DNA of 64,000 bases from a virus, in IMG/VR virus record IMGVR_UViG_3300045988_147927, positions 128,001-192,000 of that record; one strand, given 5' to 3'. Positions within the stretch are counted from its first letter, which is position 1, and each line of letters opens with the position of its first letter. The notes under the pieces were generated by a model. It did not search any database. It was not told where the DNA came from and was given only the letters and a program-made list of their open reading frames with translations. Positions 56,475 through 64,000 of the stretch are shown piece after piece. The translations under genes and the position numbers were made by a program.

Positions 56475-58304
56475 ATGAATAAGAAAACAATGTTAACAGC
56501 TTTAATTATTTCATCTATGGCAATGAGTGTAGGTGCTGTAGATAATGTTGCTGGTACAGGTAATGGTATCGCTTATGGTAGTGGTAGTCATGCACCTAAA
56601 GTAGAAAATATTGCTATTGGTGGTAATGCATCTATCAGCTATTCCAATGGTAATAGTAATGCTACAGGTGATATTGTAGTTGGTAAAGATGCTAATATCA
56701 ATAACTATGCTAGTCAAGGTGGTAGTGTTGCTATTGGTAAAAATGCTAAAGTAGAGAATATGGCAGGTGGTCAGGAGGCAAGTTTTGCTTTTGGACAAAC
56801 TTCATATAGTGGTGGTATGTTTTCATCTTCACGTATTCCAGCAGACCCAACAAAGGTAGTAGGAAGTGTGGTTGTTGGTGATAATACGTTTGCTCGTACT
56901 GGTTCTACTATGGTTGGTTCACACAATTATAAAGGTGAGTTAGGTGATACTACAGTTGATACTGCCACTACTCGTAAAGATAATTTAGGTGTGTATGCTA
57001 CTACTATTGGTGCTAATAGTTTTAGTAATGGTGCTTTTATTACTAATACTGGTACATATAACATTGTGTCTAGTGATTATAAAGGTGGTCGCTCAGATGA
57101 TATGTTTGGTATCTCTATTAAGAATATGGGCGCTACTGTAAATGGTTCATTCAATAGTATTGAGTCTAAGACTGCTGATGGGTATGGTGCAGGTATTGCT
57201 AATACTGTAACAGGTGTTGCCAATCGTACTTTCAATACGAATGGTACTTTAGTGTATGGTGCAGGTAATGTGGTAACTAATTCGATTGGTTCATTAAGTG
57301 GATTCCCTACAAGTGGTGGTAATTCTGCTAAGGATTTTTCTAATAGATTACGTGATGGTGTAAGGAGTTCTCATGGTGCTGGTGCTACTATGGTTTTTGG
57401 TGGTGGTAATGTCGCTGATTATACAAAACGTACCTCTATTATTGGTGTTAATAATGTAGTGGCTGGTGATAGTACACATAGTAGTGAAGATAATTTTGTA
57501 GTTGGTTATCAAAATACAGGTGTTAGTTTGAATGGTACTACTGTTATTGGTTCTAATCGTTCTGTAGCTAATACCAATAATACTGTAATTATTGGTAATG
57601 TGGTAGATAGTACAGGTTCTATTACTGCAAGTAATGCTGTAGCTATTGGTACTGATACTAATGTTTTGTTTGATGGTGGTGTGGCTTTAGGTTCTAAATC
57701 ATATTCTAATCGTAGTGCTAATGAAAATGGTGGGTATGATGTAGTTACTAAGATGTCATCTAGTGATACTTCTAGTGTATGGAAACCTACAGATAGTGCT
57801 GTTTCAGTAGGTAATGGTGTTGAAGTAACTCGTAGAATTACTTCTGTTGCCGCTGGTTTAGAAGATACAGATGCTGTTAATGTGGCTCAATTAAAGCGTG
57901 TTGTTGATATTGTTGGTGATAATTCATTACAAGAATCAAAATCTTACACTGATAAAGAAGTAGGTAAAGTAGGGGCATCATCTAATGCATTGGCAGGGTT
58001 AAAATTCCTAGATTATAACCCTAATGATAAGTGGTCTTTTGCCACAAGTTTAGGTCATTATCAAGGTTCTAGTGCAGTAGCTTTGGGTGTTGCATATCAA
58101 CCTAATGCGAATGTCATGTTACATGGTGGTGTAGTGCTAGATGGAAAATCATCTTATAATATTGGTGCTAGTTTTAAAGTTGGTAATGGTGGCAATAAGG
58201 TTGTAGATACAAATGCCTATGGTATGATTAAAAAACTACAGGAAGATAATGAACAGTTGCGAAAAGAATTAGAAGATATTAAGTTCATGTTAAATAATAA
58301 GTAG
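56475..58304 (+). CDS. YadA-like trimeric autotransporter adhesin (no SLH)
   Basis: RBS aaaaggag. Signal peptide MNKKTMLTALIISSMAMSVGAV. Head repeats. Neck EDTDAVNVAQLK. Anchor ALAGLKFLDY...NIGASFKVG. Short C-terminal coiled coil. Confidence 0.85.
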   Translation: MNKKTMLTALIISSMAMSVGAVDNVAGTGNGIAYGSGSHAPKVENIAIGGNASISYSNGNSNATGDIVVGKDANINNYASQGGSVAIGKNAKVENMAGGQEASFAFGQTSYSGGMFSSSRIPADPTKVVGSVVVGDNTFARTGSTMVGSHNYKGELGDTTVDTATTRKDNLGVYATTIGANSFSNGAFITNTGTYNIVSSDYKGGRSDDMFGISIKNMGATVNGSFNSIESKTADGYGAGIANTVTGVANRTFNTNGTLVYGAGNVVTNSIGSLSGFPTSGGNSAKDFSNRLRDGVRSSHGAGATMVFGGGNVADYTKRTSIIGVNNVVAGDSTHSSEDNFVVGYQNTGVSLNGTTVIGSNRSVANTNNTVIIGNVVDSTGSITASNAVAIGTDTNVLFDGGVALGSKSYSNRSANENGGYDVVTKMSSSDTSSVWKPTDSAVSVGNGVEVTRRITSVAAGLEDTDAVNVAQLKRVVDIVGDNSLQESKSYTDKEVGKVGASSNALAGLKFLDYNPNDKWSFATSLGHYQGSSAVALGVAYQPNANVMLHGGVVLDGKSSYNIGASFKVGNGGNKVVDTNAYGMIKKLQEDNEQLRKELEDIKFMLNNK

Positions 58305-58317
58305 TTGATTTTTTATA

Positions 58318-58358
58318 TTGGTGAGGTATATACTTTTCGTATCTCACCAATATTTTTG
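58318..58358 (+). terminator. terminator candidate
   Basis: ttggtgag...ctcaccaa stem followed by TATTTTT. Confidence 0.5.
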
Positions 58359-58376
58359 TATGAGGAGATTTTGATT

Positions 58377-58877
58377 ATGCATTATACAACTTTTGCTAGT
58401 ACTTGTGATAATTTAGGTGTTGTTGCTCATATTACTGATTTTAACGATAAATCAGATGTTATCGAACAGATTAATCATTATAGATGGGATTCTCAAATTA
58501 TTAAAGAGAGTGATGATGAGATTGTAGCACTCATATATTTAAGGGTTGGTATCGGTAAAAATTTTCAATCAATCTCTAAAAAACTTGGATGTATGGTACA
58601 GGTTAATCCTTATAGTGTGGTGTATGGGTTAGGTGCAGTTACAACCTATAAGGATGGTAATATCATTAATTATTATGATGATGTTGATGAGAGATATGAG
58701 TGGTGGCTCACATGGGGCGATAAGGATACACTTATGGGGTTTGGGTTTATTGACCTAGATGAGGGTGATAGTCCTTTTGCATTAATGGATAATGAGTTAA
58801 TTGGTTATGAGTTTACAGATGAAGAAGTAGAGTTATTTACTGATAGACTTAATAGTGGATATAATTGTGGTTTTTGA
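58377..58877 (+). CDS. hypothetical protein
   Basis: ATG 58377 with RBS gaggag; the track ORF begins at 58305. Confidence 0.4.
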   Translation: MHYTTFASTCDNLGVVAHITDFNDKSDVIEQINHYRWDSQIIKESDDEIVALIYLRVGIGKNFQSISKKLGCMVQVNPYSVVYGLGAVTTYKDGNIINYYDDVDERYEWWLTWGDKDTLMGFGFIDLDEGDSPFALMDNELIGYEFTDEEVELFTDRLNSGYNCGF

Positions 58878-58895
58878 GTTTGAGGTGTTATTAAA

Positions 58896-59153
58896 TTGAA
58901 TATCAATGTTACAGTAAGCAAGTCTGTGTTTAAAGTAGGTGTAGTTTTAAAGTGTTTGTGGATGTGTATAAAAACTTTACCTAAAAGTGGATACTATGGG
59001 TGGATGAAATGTATGTCAGAGTATTTGTGCTACAATGGTTTAATAGGTGGTAAAGATATGCTTTCTCTTATTGATGATTGTCATCAACATGGAAAATTAA
59101 ATTACTATGAGTATAAAGATTTACGTAAGTTAGTTATTGAAAAATATTTATAG
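58896..59153 (+). CDS. hypothetical protein
   Basis: TTG-start ORF. Confidence 0.35.
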   Translation: MNINVTVSKSVFKVGVVLKCLWMCIKTLPKSGYYGWMKCMSEYLCYNGLIGGKDMLSLIDDCHQHGKLNYYEYKDLRKLVIEKYL

Positions 59154-59162
59154 GTGTGAGAT

Positions 59163-60524
59163 ATGTATATAATCTGTAGATTTACTAATACTGAAGGAAT
59201 AGAAAATTTTAATAAGGTTAATGCTGATAGAGGTATTTATATTCATTCAGATATGGTTGAATATAACCTAGATACTGGTGTTTATAGATGTAGTGGATTA
59301 AATGCCTATAATACTGTTGACACTTCGTCTGATGAAAGGTATGACTATTGGCTAGGTATGCCTAGATTTGTTAATAATAAAGTAAGATATGTTGCAACTA
59401 TAAAATTTACAACAAAAAATTTAGGGATTGAAGAGCTTGAAAAGATATTTTCTCAGAAAATATCTCCAAAGACTAAGAGTCTTAAATATCCTAAACAAGA
59501 TGTTTTTGCAAACCGTTATTTGAGAGTTGTTGGTGGTGATAATCCGAGTTATCCAGTATACGTTGTTTCAAAAGGCAGATATGAAAAGACTTTAGCAAAG
59601 ACTGTTAGAGTTTTGAATAGGATGAATGTTCCTCATTTTGTTGTTGTTGAACCTGATGAAGTTGGTTTGTATAGAGAGTCATTCAATGCTCTTGGGTATA
59701 CTTATAGTACTATACTTGAGCTAGATATGTCTTATAAAGACAATTATGCTACTCTTGATGATAGAGGTAATACTATTGGTAAAGGTCCTGGTGGTGCTAG
59801 GAACTTTTGCTGGGATGATTCTATTAAGAGAGGGTTTTCTTATCACTGGGTTTTAGATGATAATATTGAGTGGTTTAGGTATTTTACAGATAATTTTCAA
59901 AGAAAAACTCTTAGTGGTGTTTGTTTTAAAGCAGCTGAGGATTTTATCACTAGATTTAAGAATGTAGCAATGGGTTCTCTTAATTATAGTATGTTTTTAG
60001 ATGCTAGAAATACTGCATATCCATATATAAAAAATACTAGAATGTATTCTATTATTTTCATTAGGAATGATATACCTTATAGGTGGAGAGGTAGGTATAA
60101 TGAAGATACTATAATATCTTTGGATTGTTTGTCAGATGGTTGGTGTACTATTCAGATGTGTGCTTTTACTGCTGACAAGTTAGCTACACAACGTATAGGT
60201 GGTGGCAACTCATATATGTTTTATTTCAAAGAAGGTACTGATAATAAATCTCAAATGTTAGTTGATGTTTATCCTCAATATGCTCAAAAGGTTTTTAAGT
60301 TTAACAGAATACATCATTATGTTGACTATAGTATCTTTAATGGTAGGCTTGAATATAAAGATGATTTTGATATATCTAAGTTATCTAAGGTTGATAATTA
60401 TGGTATGAAGATGGTAAAAATACCTAAAGAGTGGGATTACACTGAAAAAGATTCAAGGGAATACATAGAATCTCATATTGATGAGTGTGAAGTTGTTGAT
60501 ATGTTTGAAGGATTTAGTGTTTGA
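59163..60524 (+). CDS. hypothetical protein (possible GT-A-like transferase; weak)
   Basis: PVYVVSKGR strand followed later by WVLDDNIEWF (DxD-like). Assignment not verified. Confidence 0.3.
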   Translation: MYIICRFTNTEGIENFNKVNADRGIYIHSDMVEYNLDTGVYRCSGLNAYNTVDTSSDERYDYWLGMPRFVNNKVRYVATIKFTTKNLGIEELEKIFSQKISPKTKSLKYPKQDVFANRYLRVVGGDNPSYPVYVVSKGRYEKTLAKTVRVLNRMNVPHFVVVEPDEVGLYRESFNALGYTYSTILELDMSYKDNYATLDDRGNTIGKGPGGARNFCWDDSIKRGFSYHWVLDDNIEWFRYFTDNFQRKTLSGVCFKAAEDFITRFKNVAMGSLNYSMFLDARNTAYPYIKNTRMYSIIFIRNDIPYRWRGRYNEDTIISLDCLSDGWCTIQMCAFTADKLATQRIGGGNSYMFYFKEGTDNKSQMLVDVYPQYAQKVFKFNRIHHYVDYSIFNGRLEYKDDFDISKLSKVDNYGMKMVKIPKEWDYTEKDSREYIESHIDECEVVDMFEGFSV

Positions 60525-60538
60525 TTTGTTTACATAAC

Positions 60539-60568
60539 TTTACAATTTGATATATAGTGTGTTATAAT
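60539..60568 (+). promoter_or_regulatory. sigma70-like promoter
   Basis: TTTACA - 18 nt - TATAAT. Confidence 0.5.
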
Positions 60569-60600
60569 AACCTTGTAAATATTACAAGGTTATTTTTTTT
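60567..60600 (+). terminator. rho-independent terminator overlapping the -10 box
   Basis: 12-bp stem ataaccttgtaa / ttacaaggttat followed by T7. Confidence 0.6.
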
Positions 60601-60615
60601 ATGTGAGGTGCTATT

Positions 60616-61158
60616 ATGTCAGATTCTAGACTTGGTTTTTACAAAATACTTGGTAACATTGATGGTAATGATACAATACTTATGTCTTTAGCAAAAGTAA
60701 AATATACTAAAGATGAAAATACATATTTAATGTTAAAGAAGGATACTTTATATGAGGAGTTGTTGTTTGATTTATCAGACTCATATGATGTTTTAGAAAT
60801 TTCAGAGATTGAGTATTATGGTGATTTAGATAAAGAATTTAAATTAGAAGTTTCTAATTATTTTGGTTCTGCATCATCAACATATATTTCTATTGGTAGT
60901 GTACATAGAAGGTTAATTGGCAAATCTTTCGATGTTACCTTTAATAGTGGGTATCACAGTATATACTTTGAATTTTTAGATTATAATAATGTTAAAATTC
61001 ATTATCGTAAATTACATTTAGATGTTAATTATGGAGATACTGAGATAGGTTTGGATGATTTAGAAATTATTTTAAGAGCCATTAGGTTATTTAACATGGG
61101 TATACGTAAAGAAGTTTCTAGTGATAGTATTAGAAGAGCTTTTCATAATGAGGGATAA
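60616..61158 (+). CDS. hypothetical protein
   Basis: RBS gtgaggtg. Confidence 0.4.
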   Translation: MSDSRLGFYKILGNIDGNDTILMSLAKVKYTKDENTYLMLKKDTLYEELLFDLSDSYDVLEISEIEYYGDLDKEFKLEVSNYFGSASSTYISIGSVHRRLIGKSFDVTFNSGYHSIYFEFLDYNNVKIHYRKLHLDVNYGDTEIGLDDLEIILRAIRLFNMGIRKEVSSDSIRRAFHNEG

Positions 61159-61159
61159 A

Positions 61160-62062
61160 ATGATTCATTATAGGAATGGTAATGCAGATATAACATTATA
61201 TGATGATGGTACTAGGATTATTGAGACTGATGATAGTATTCTCAGATTAGATACGCCTCTTAACATTGATATAAGGGTATCTAAAAGATGTCCTTATGGA
61301 TATAATGCTGACACAGGTGTTAGTGTTTGTAGTTTTTGTCATGAATCAGCTACTACAGATGGTGATGTGTGTGATTATGATAAATTGTTAGATGTTATCA
61401 TGGCTGCTGATTTACCAAAAGGTACTGAGTTGGCAATAGGTGCAAATCAAATATCTGATGATTTTATAGAGTTTGTTAAGGATTTGTATAATCTAGGTTT
61501 TATAGTTAATGTAACTGTTAATGAGAGATATATTGCAGATGGTGGTGATAGGCATCTTAAAAAGGTTATGCAGTATATCAAGGGGTTAGGTATTAGTTTT
61601 CGTACATTAGATGGTAGTATGGGTTTACCTGAATGGATATCAGATTATAGTAATACTGTTGTTCATGTGATATGTGGTATTGATAGTCTTAGGGATGTGT
61701 GTAAGTTGCATAAAAAATATCGTAAAGTACTTGTTCTAGGTGAGAAAGATTTTGGGTTTAATGCTAATAAAGTAGACCTAACTTCTAATTCTCATATTGA
61801 ATGGGATACACATATTATGAAATTGACTAAGTTGTTTGATATAGTTTCTTTTGATAATTTAGCTTTAGAGCAGTTACACATTAAAGATAAAATCTCTAAA
61901 GAGGAGTATCAGGCTTTTTATCAAGGTGAGCATTCAATGTATATTAATGCTGTTGATGAGTATTTTGCACCTAGTAGTAGAATAATGGATGTTATTAAGA
62001 AGTTTGATGAGATTAGTTTACGTGAATATTTTAAAATGAAGGAGAACATGATATGCGATTAG
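61160..62062 (+). CDS. Cys-cluster protein, possible non-canonical radical-SAM-like enzyme
   Basis: ATG 61160 after gaggga. SKRCPYGYNADTGVSVCSFCHES gives CX12CX2C. Confidence 0.35.
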   Translation: MIHYRNGNADITLYDDGTRIIETDDSILRLDTPLNIDIRVSKRCPYGYNADTGVSVCSFCHESATTDGDVCDYDKLLDVIMAADLPKGTELAIGANQISDDFIEFVKDLYNLGFIVNVTVNERYIADGGDRHLKKVMQYIKGLGISFRTLDGSMGLPEWISDYSNTVVHVICGIDSLRDVCKLHKKYRKVLVLGEKDFGFNANKVDLTSNSHIEWDTHIMKLTKLFDIVSFDNLALEQLHIKDKISKEEYQAFYQGEHSMYINAVDEYFAPSSRIMDVIKKFDEISLREYFKMKENMICD

Positions 62063-62841
62063 TTAGAAATGGTGTATTTGAGACAAATAGTTCTTCTGCC
62101 CATTCTTTGGCTTATAAGAATACAGTCTTGCGTGATTATGATTATAAACCAAGCAAAGATTTGTGTTTATCTATTAAGGAATTGAGGCTAACAGAAAAAC
62201 CAAAGGAATATGAAATGTATTCATATATGCCGTTATATTTTGATGAGTATGGATGGGGGTTCGATATATTGACTTCCCCAGCAGAAAAGTTAAGTTATTT
62301 AATGTCATCTGTTTATCCGTATAAAACTTGGGGAATTGTTAAAGAAGACCAATTTTTCAAGCAAGTGATTCAATGGTTAAGTGAATTGGATATTGTGGTA
62401 GAATTGCCAGAGGAATATGGTGAATCTTCTGAAGTTGATGCCTATGTTGACCATCAATCTTGGAATGTCGTTACAAAGGATATGTTTCAAACAAAAGAAG
62501 ATTTGTTGACATATCTATTTAATAACGACATTGTAATCTATATTGAAAATGATAATTCTGATGTCATGCAAAACTGGGTTGATACACCAAAAGAAGAAAT
62601 TGATTATCGTCAAGCAATGTATTGGTGTGTTTCACAAAGTAAATGTGTAAGACGAAAATCTTGGGATGATGGTGTGTATTTGATTTATGATGTTGTAGAG
62701 GATGATGAAAATCATTATAGATTGGATTATTTATTGGTAGACAACAAAATTAAAACCAATTATAAACCGACTGAAGATGATAAAAATGCAAATGACTGGA
62801 CAGTTGCTTTGGAGGTATCTAAATATGAAATTAATTCGTAA
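62053..62841 (+). CDS. ETNSSSAHS-family protein fused to a C-terminal DUF2829 (Tad2-like) domain
   Basis: N-terminal MRLVRNGVFETNSSSAHSLAYKN, FDEYGWGFDIL, VDHQS, IENDN. C-terminal YRQAMYWCVSQSKCVRRKSWDDGVYL...KPTEDDKNANDWTV matches the DUF2829 pattern. Confidence 0.5.
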   Translation: MRLVRNGVFETNSSSAHSLAYKNTVLRDYDYKPSKDLCLSIKELRLTEKPKEYEMYSYMPLYFDEYGWGFDILTSPAEKLSYLMSSVYPYKTWGIVKEDQFFKQVIQWLSELDIVVELPEEYGESSEVDAYVDHQSWNVVTKDMFQTKEDLLTYLFNNDIVIYIENDNSDVMQNWVDTPKEEIDYRQAMYWCVSQSKCVRRKSWDDGVYLIYDVVEDDENHYRLDYLLVDNKIKTNYKPTEDDKNANDWTVALEVSKYEINS

Positions 62842-63373
62842 TGGTGTGTTTGAAACAAATTCTAGTTCCGCACATTCTTTAGCTTATAAGAATGAAGATG
62901 TTTTACGAGGTGTTTATGAAAGTAATGGTGTTAAAGATTTTAAAGATGGTAGATATAGACTAACTGAAATACCTGAAAAGTATAAGAATTATGTATTACA
63001 CCCTAGATTTGATGAGTATGGGTGGGGATTTGACATATTAGAAACACCTGATGAAAAATTAAGTTATATCTTAACTAATGAGTATGAAGATGTAAAATCT
63101 TTACAGAAGGTATATAATGGTAAGTTTTTTGTAACTATTGTTAAGTGGTTGCAAGAGTTTGGTATAAATGTTAGCATTAAAAAATTACAATTAGATGAGT
63201 GGGGATACGTTGATGGGTATATTGACCATGAGAGTAAATTTGTAATTCCAAAGGATATTTTTCATGATAAAGAGGATTTAATCACTTATCTGTTCAATGA
63301 TGATATTGTTGTGTACATTGAGAATGATAATGAAGAGTGTATGCAGTGGCTAAAGAAGAGTAATAAAAAGTGA
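62825..63373 (+). CDS. ETNSSSAHS-family protein (paralog, no DUF2829)
   Basis: RBS ggaggt. MKLIRNGVFETNSSSAHSLAYKN, FDEYGWGFDIL, IDHES, IENDN. Confidence 0.5.
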   Translation: MKLIRNGVFETNSSSAHSLAYKNEDVLRGVYESNGVKDFKDGRYRLTEIPEKYKNYVLHPRFDEYGWGFDILETPDEKLSYILTNEYEDVKSLQKVYNGKFFVTIVKWLQEFGINVSIKKLQLDEWGYVDGYIDHESKFVIPKDIFHDKEDLITYLFNDDIVVYIENDNEECMQWLKKSNKK

Positions 63374-63393
63374 TTAAATATGGAGGTTAAATT

Positions 63394-64000
63394 ATGAAAG
63401 CGTTAGTGTTACTTAGGGGTTGTCCAGGAAGTGGTAAATCGACTCTTGTTAATGATTTAGGTTTGGGACAGTATACATTGTGTCCAGATAAACTTAGATT
63501 GATGTATGGTTCTTCTGTAATGTTAGAAGATGGTACTTATGGTATTGACCAATCATGTAATAAGGAAGTGTTTGATACTTTTTATAAGATGTTGGAGTAT
63601 CGTATGAGTAAAGGTGAGTTTACTGTTATAGATGCTACACACTGTTCCTCTGTAAAAACTGTAAAAAAACAAATTTCTGAATATAGAAAATTAGCTAAGA
63701 GATATAATTATAGAATTTATCAACATGATATGACTACAGATTTATTAAAGATATCTGAGCAGAATGAAATGCGTAATGGTACATATTCTTTTGTACCACA
63801 TTATATTGTTGATAAGATGTTACGTGTTATGGAAAGTATGGATACGTTACATCGAGAGATTAAAAAGATAGATTTAGAGGAATTTATCAATTCGTACAAT
63901 ACTGATACTATATGTAATGATACTCAATATGATAAAGTAAAAGTAATAGGTGATATACATTCTTGTAATAGTGTTCTTAAAGATGCTTTAGAAGATTTTA
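63394..64000 (+). CDS. polynucleotide kinase (P-loop) + metallophosphoesterase, Pnkp-like; 3'-truncated by the window end
   Basis: RBS tggagg. LRGCPGSGKSTL Walker A, VIDATH, then VKVIGDIHS starting a phosphoesterase domain. Open to position 64000. Not in the ORF track. Confidence 0.6.
   Translation, partial: MKALVLLRGCPGSGKSTLVNDLGLGQYTLCPDKLRLMYGSSVMLEDGTYGIDQSCNKEVFDTFYKMLEYRMSKGEFTVIDATHCSSVKTVKKQISEYRKLAKRYNYRIYQHDMTTDLLKISEQNEMRNGTYSFVPHYIVDKMLRVMESMDTLHREIKKIDLEEFINSYNTDTICNDTQYDKVKVIGDIHSCNSVLKDALEDF

Noticed and set aside
1-64000. Prophage or integration module (integrase, attachment sites, repressor)
   Set aside because: No tyrosine/serine recombinase, CI-like repressor or att-like repeats were recognisable. 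The uniform + strand organisation and the replication/nucleotide metabolism genes fit a virulent-type large phage, but the window is only part of the genome.

Overview
Strongly AT-rich window with essentially every credible gene on the + strand. It reads as part of a large virulent-type phage genome. Modules, in order: early/accessory genes, a clamp-loader ATPase, a phage sigma factor, packaging and head morphogenesis (split terminase, portal, protease-scaffold, split major capsid), nucleotide metabolism (FEN/5'-3' exonuclease, ThyA-like, DHFR), and a terminal cluster of unknown enzymes. The main feature is the load of selfish genetic elements inside essential genes. (1) terL is interrupted by about 2 kb that looks like an IStron: a group I ribozyme core, a near-consensus promoter, tnpB, and a structured 3' tail. 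(2) The major capsid gene is split into four exons by three related group I introns; two carry PD-(D/E)XK-type endonuclease ORFs (one frameshifted) and one has no ORF. (3) A 420-aa intein sits in the Walker A P-loop of the clamp loader. (4) A second stand-alone tnpB abuts the prohead protease gene. (5) Two tandem homing-endonuclease-like paralogs and a GIY-YIG gene are also present. Other notable content: two moron-like YadA-type trimeric autotransporter adhesins, one with a C-terminal SLH domain, which points to a diderm Firmicute (Negativicutes-like) host; a double-AAA+ MoxR-like / HExxH / VWA cluster inside the head module; an array of TAGAC-type hairpin units; a repeat-dense 660-bp non-coding region; and a paralogous 'ETNSSSAHS' protein pair, one fused to a DUF2829 (Tad2-like) domain, next to a Pnkp-like gene. 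All calls come from reading the ORF track and sequence by eye. Splice junctions, promoters and family assignments are predictions; no searches or folding were run.
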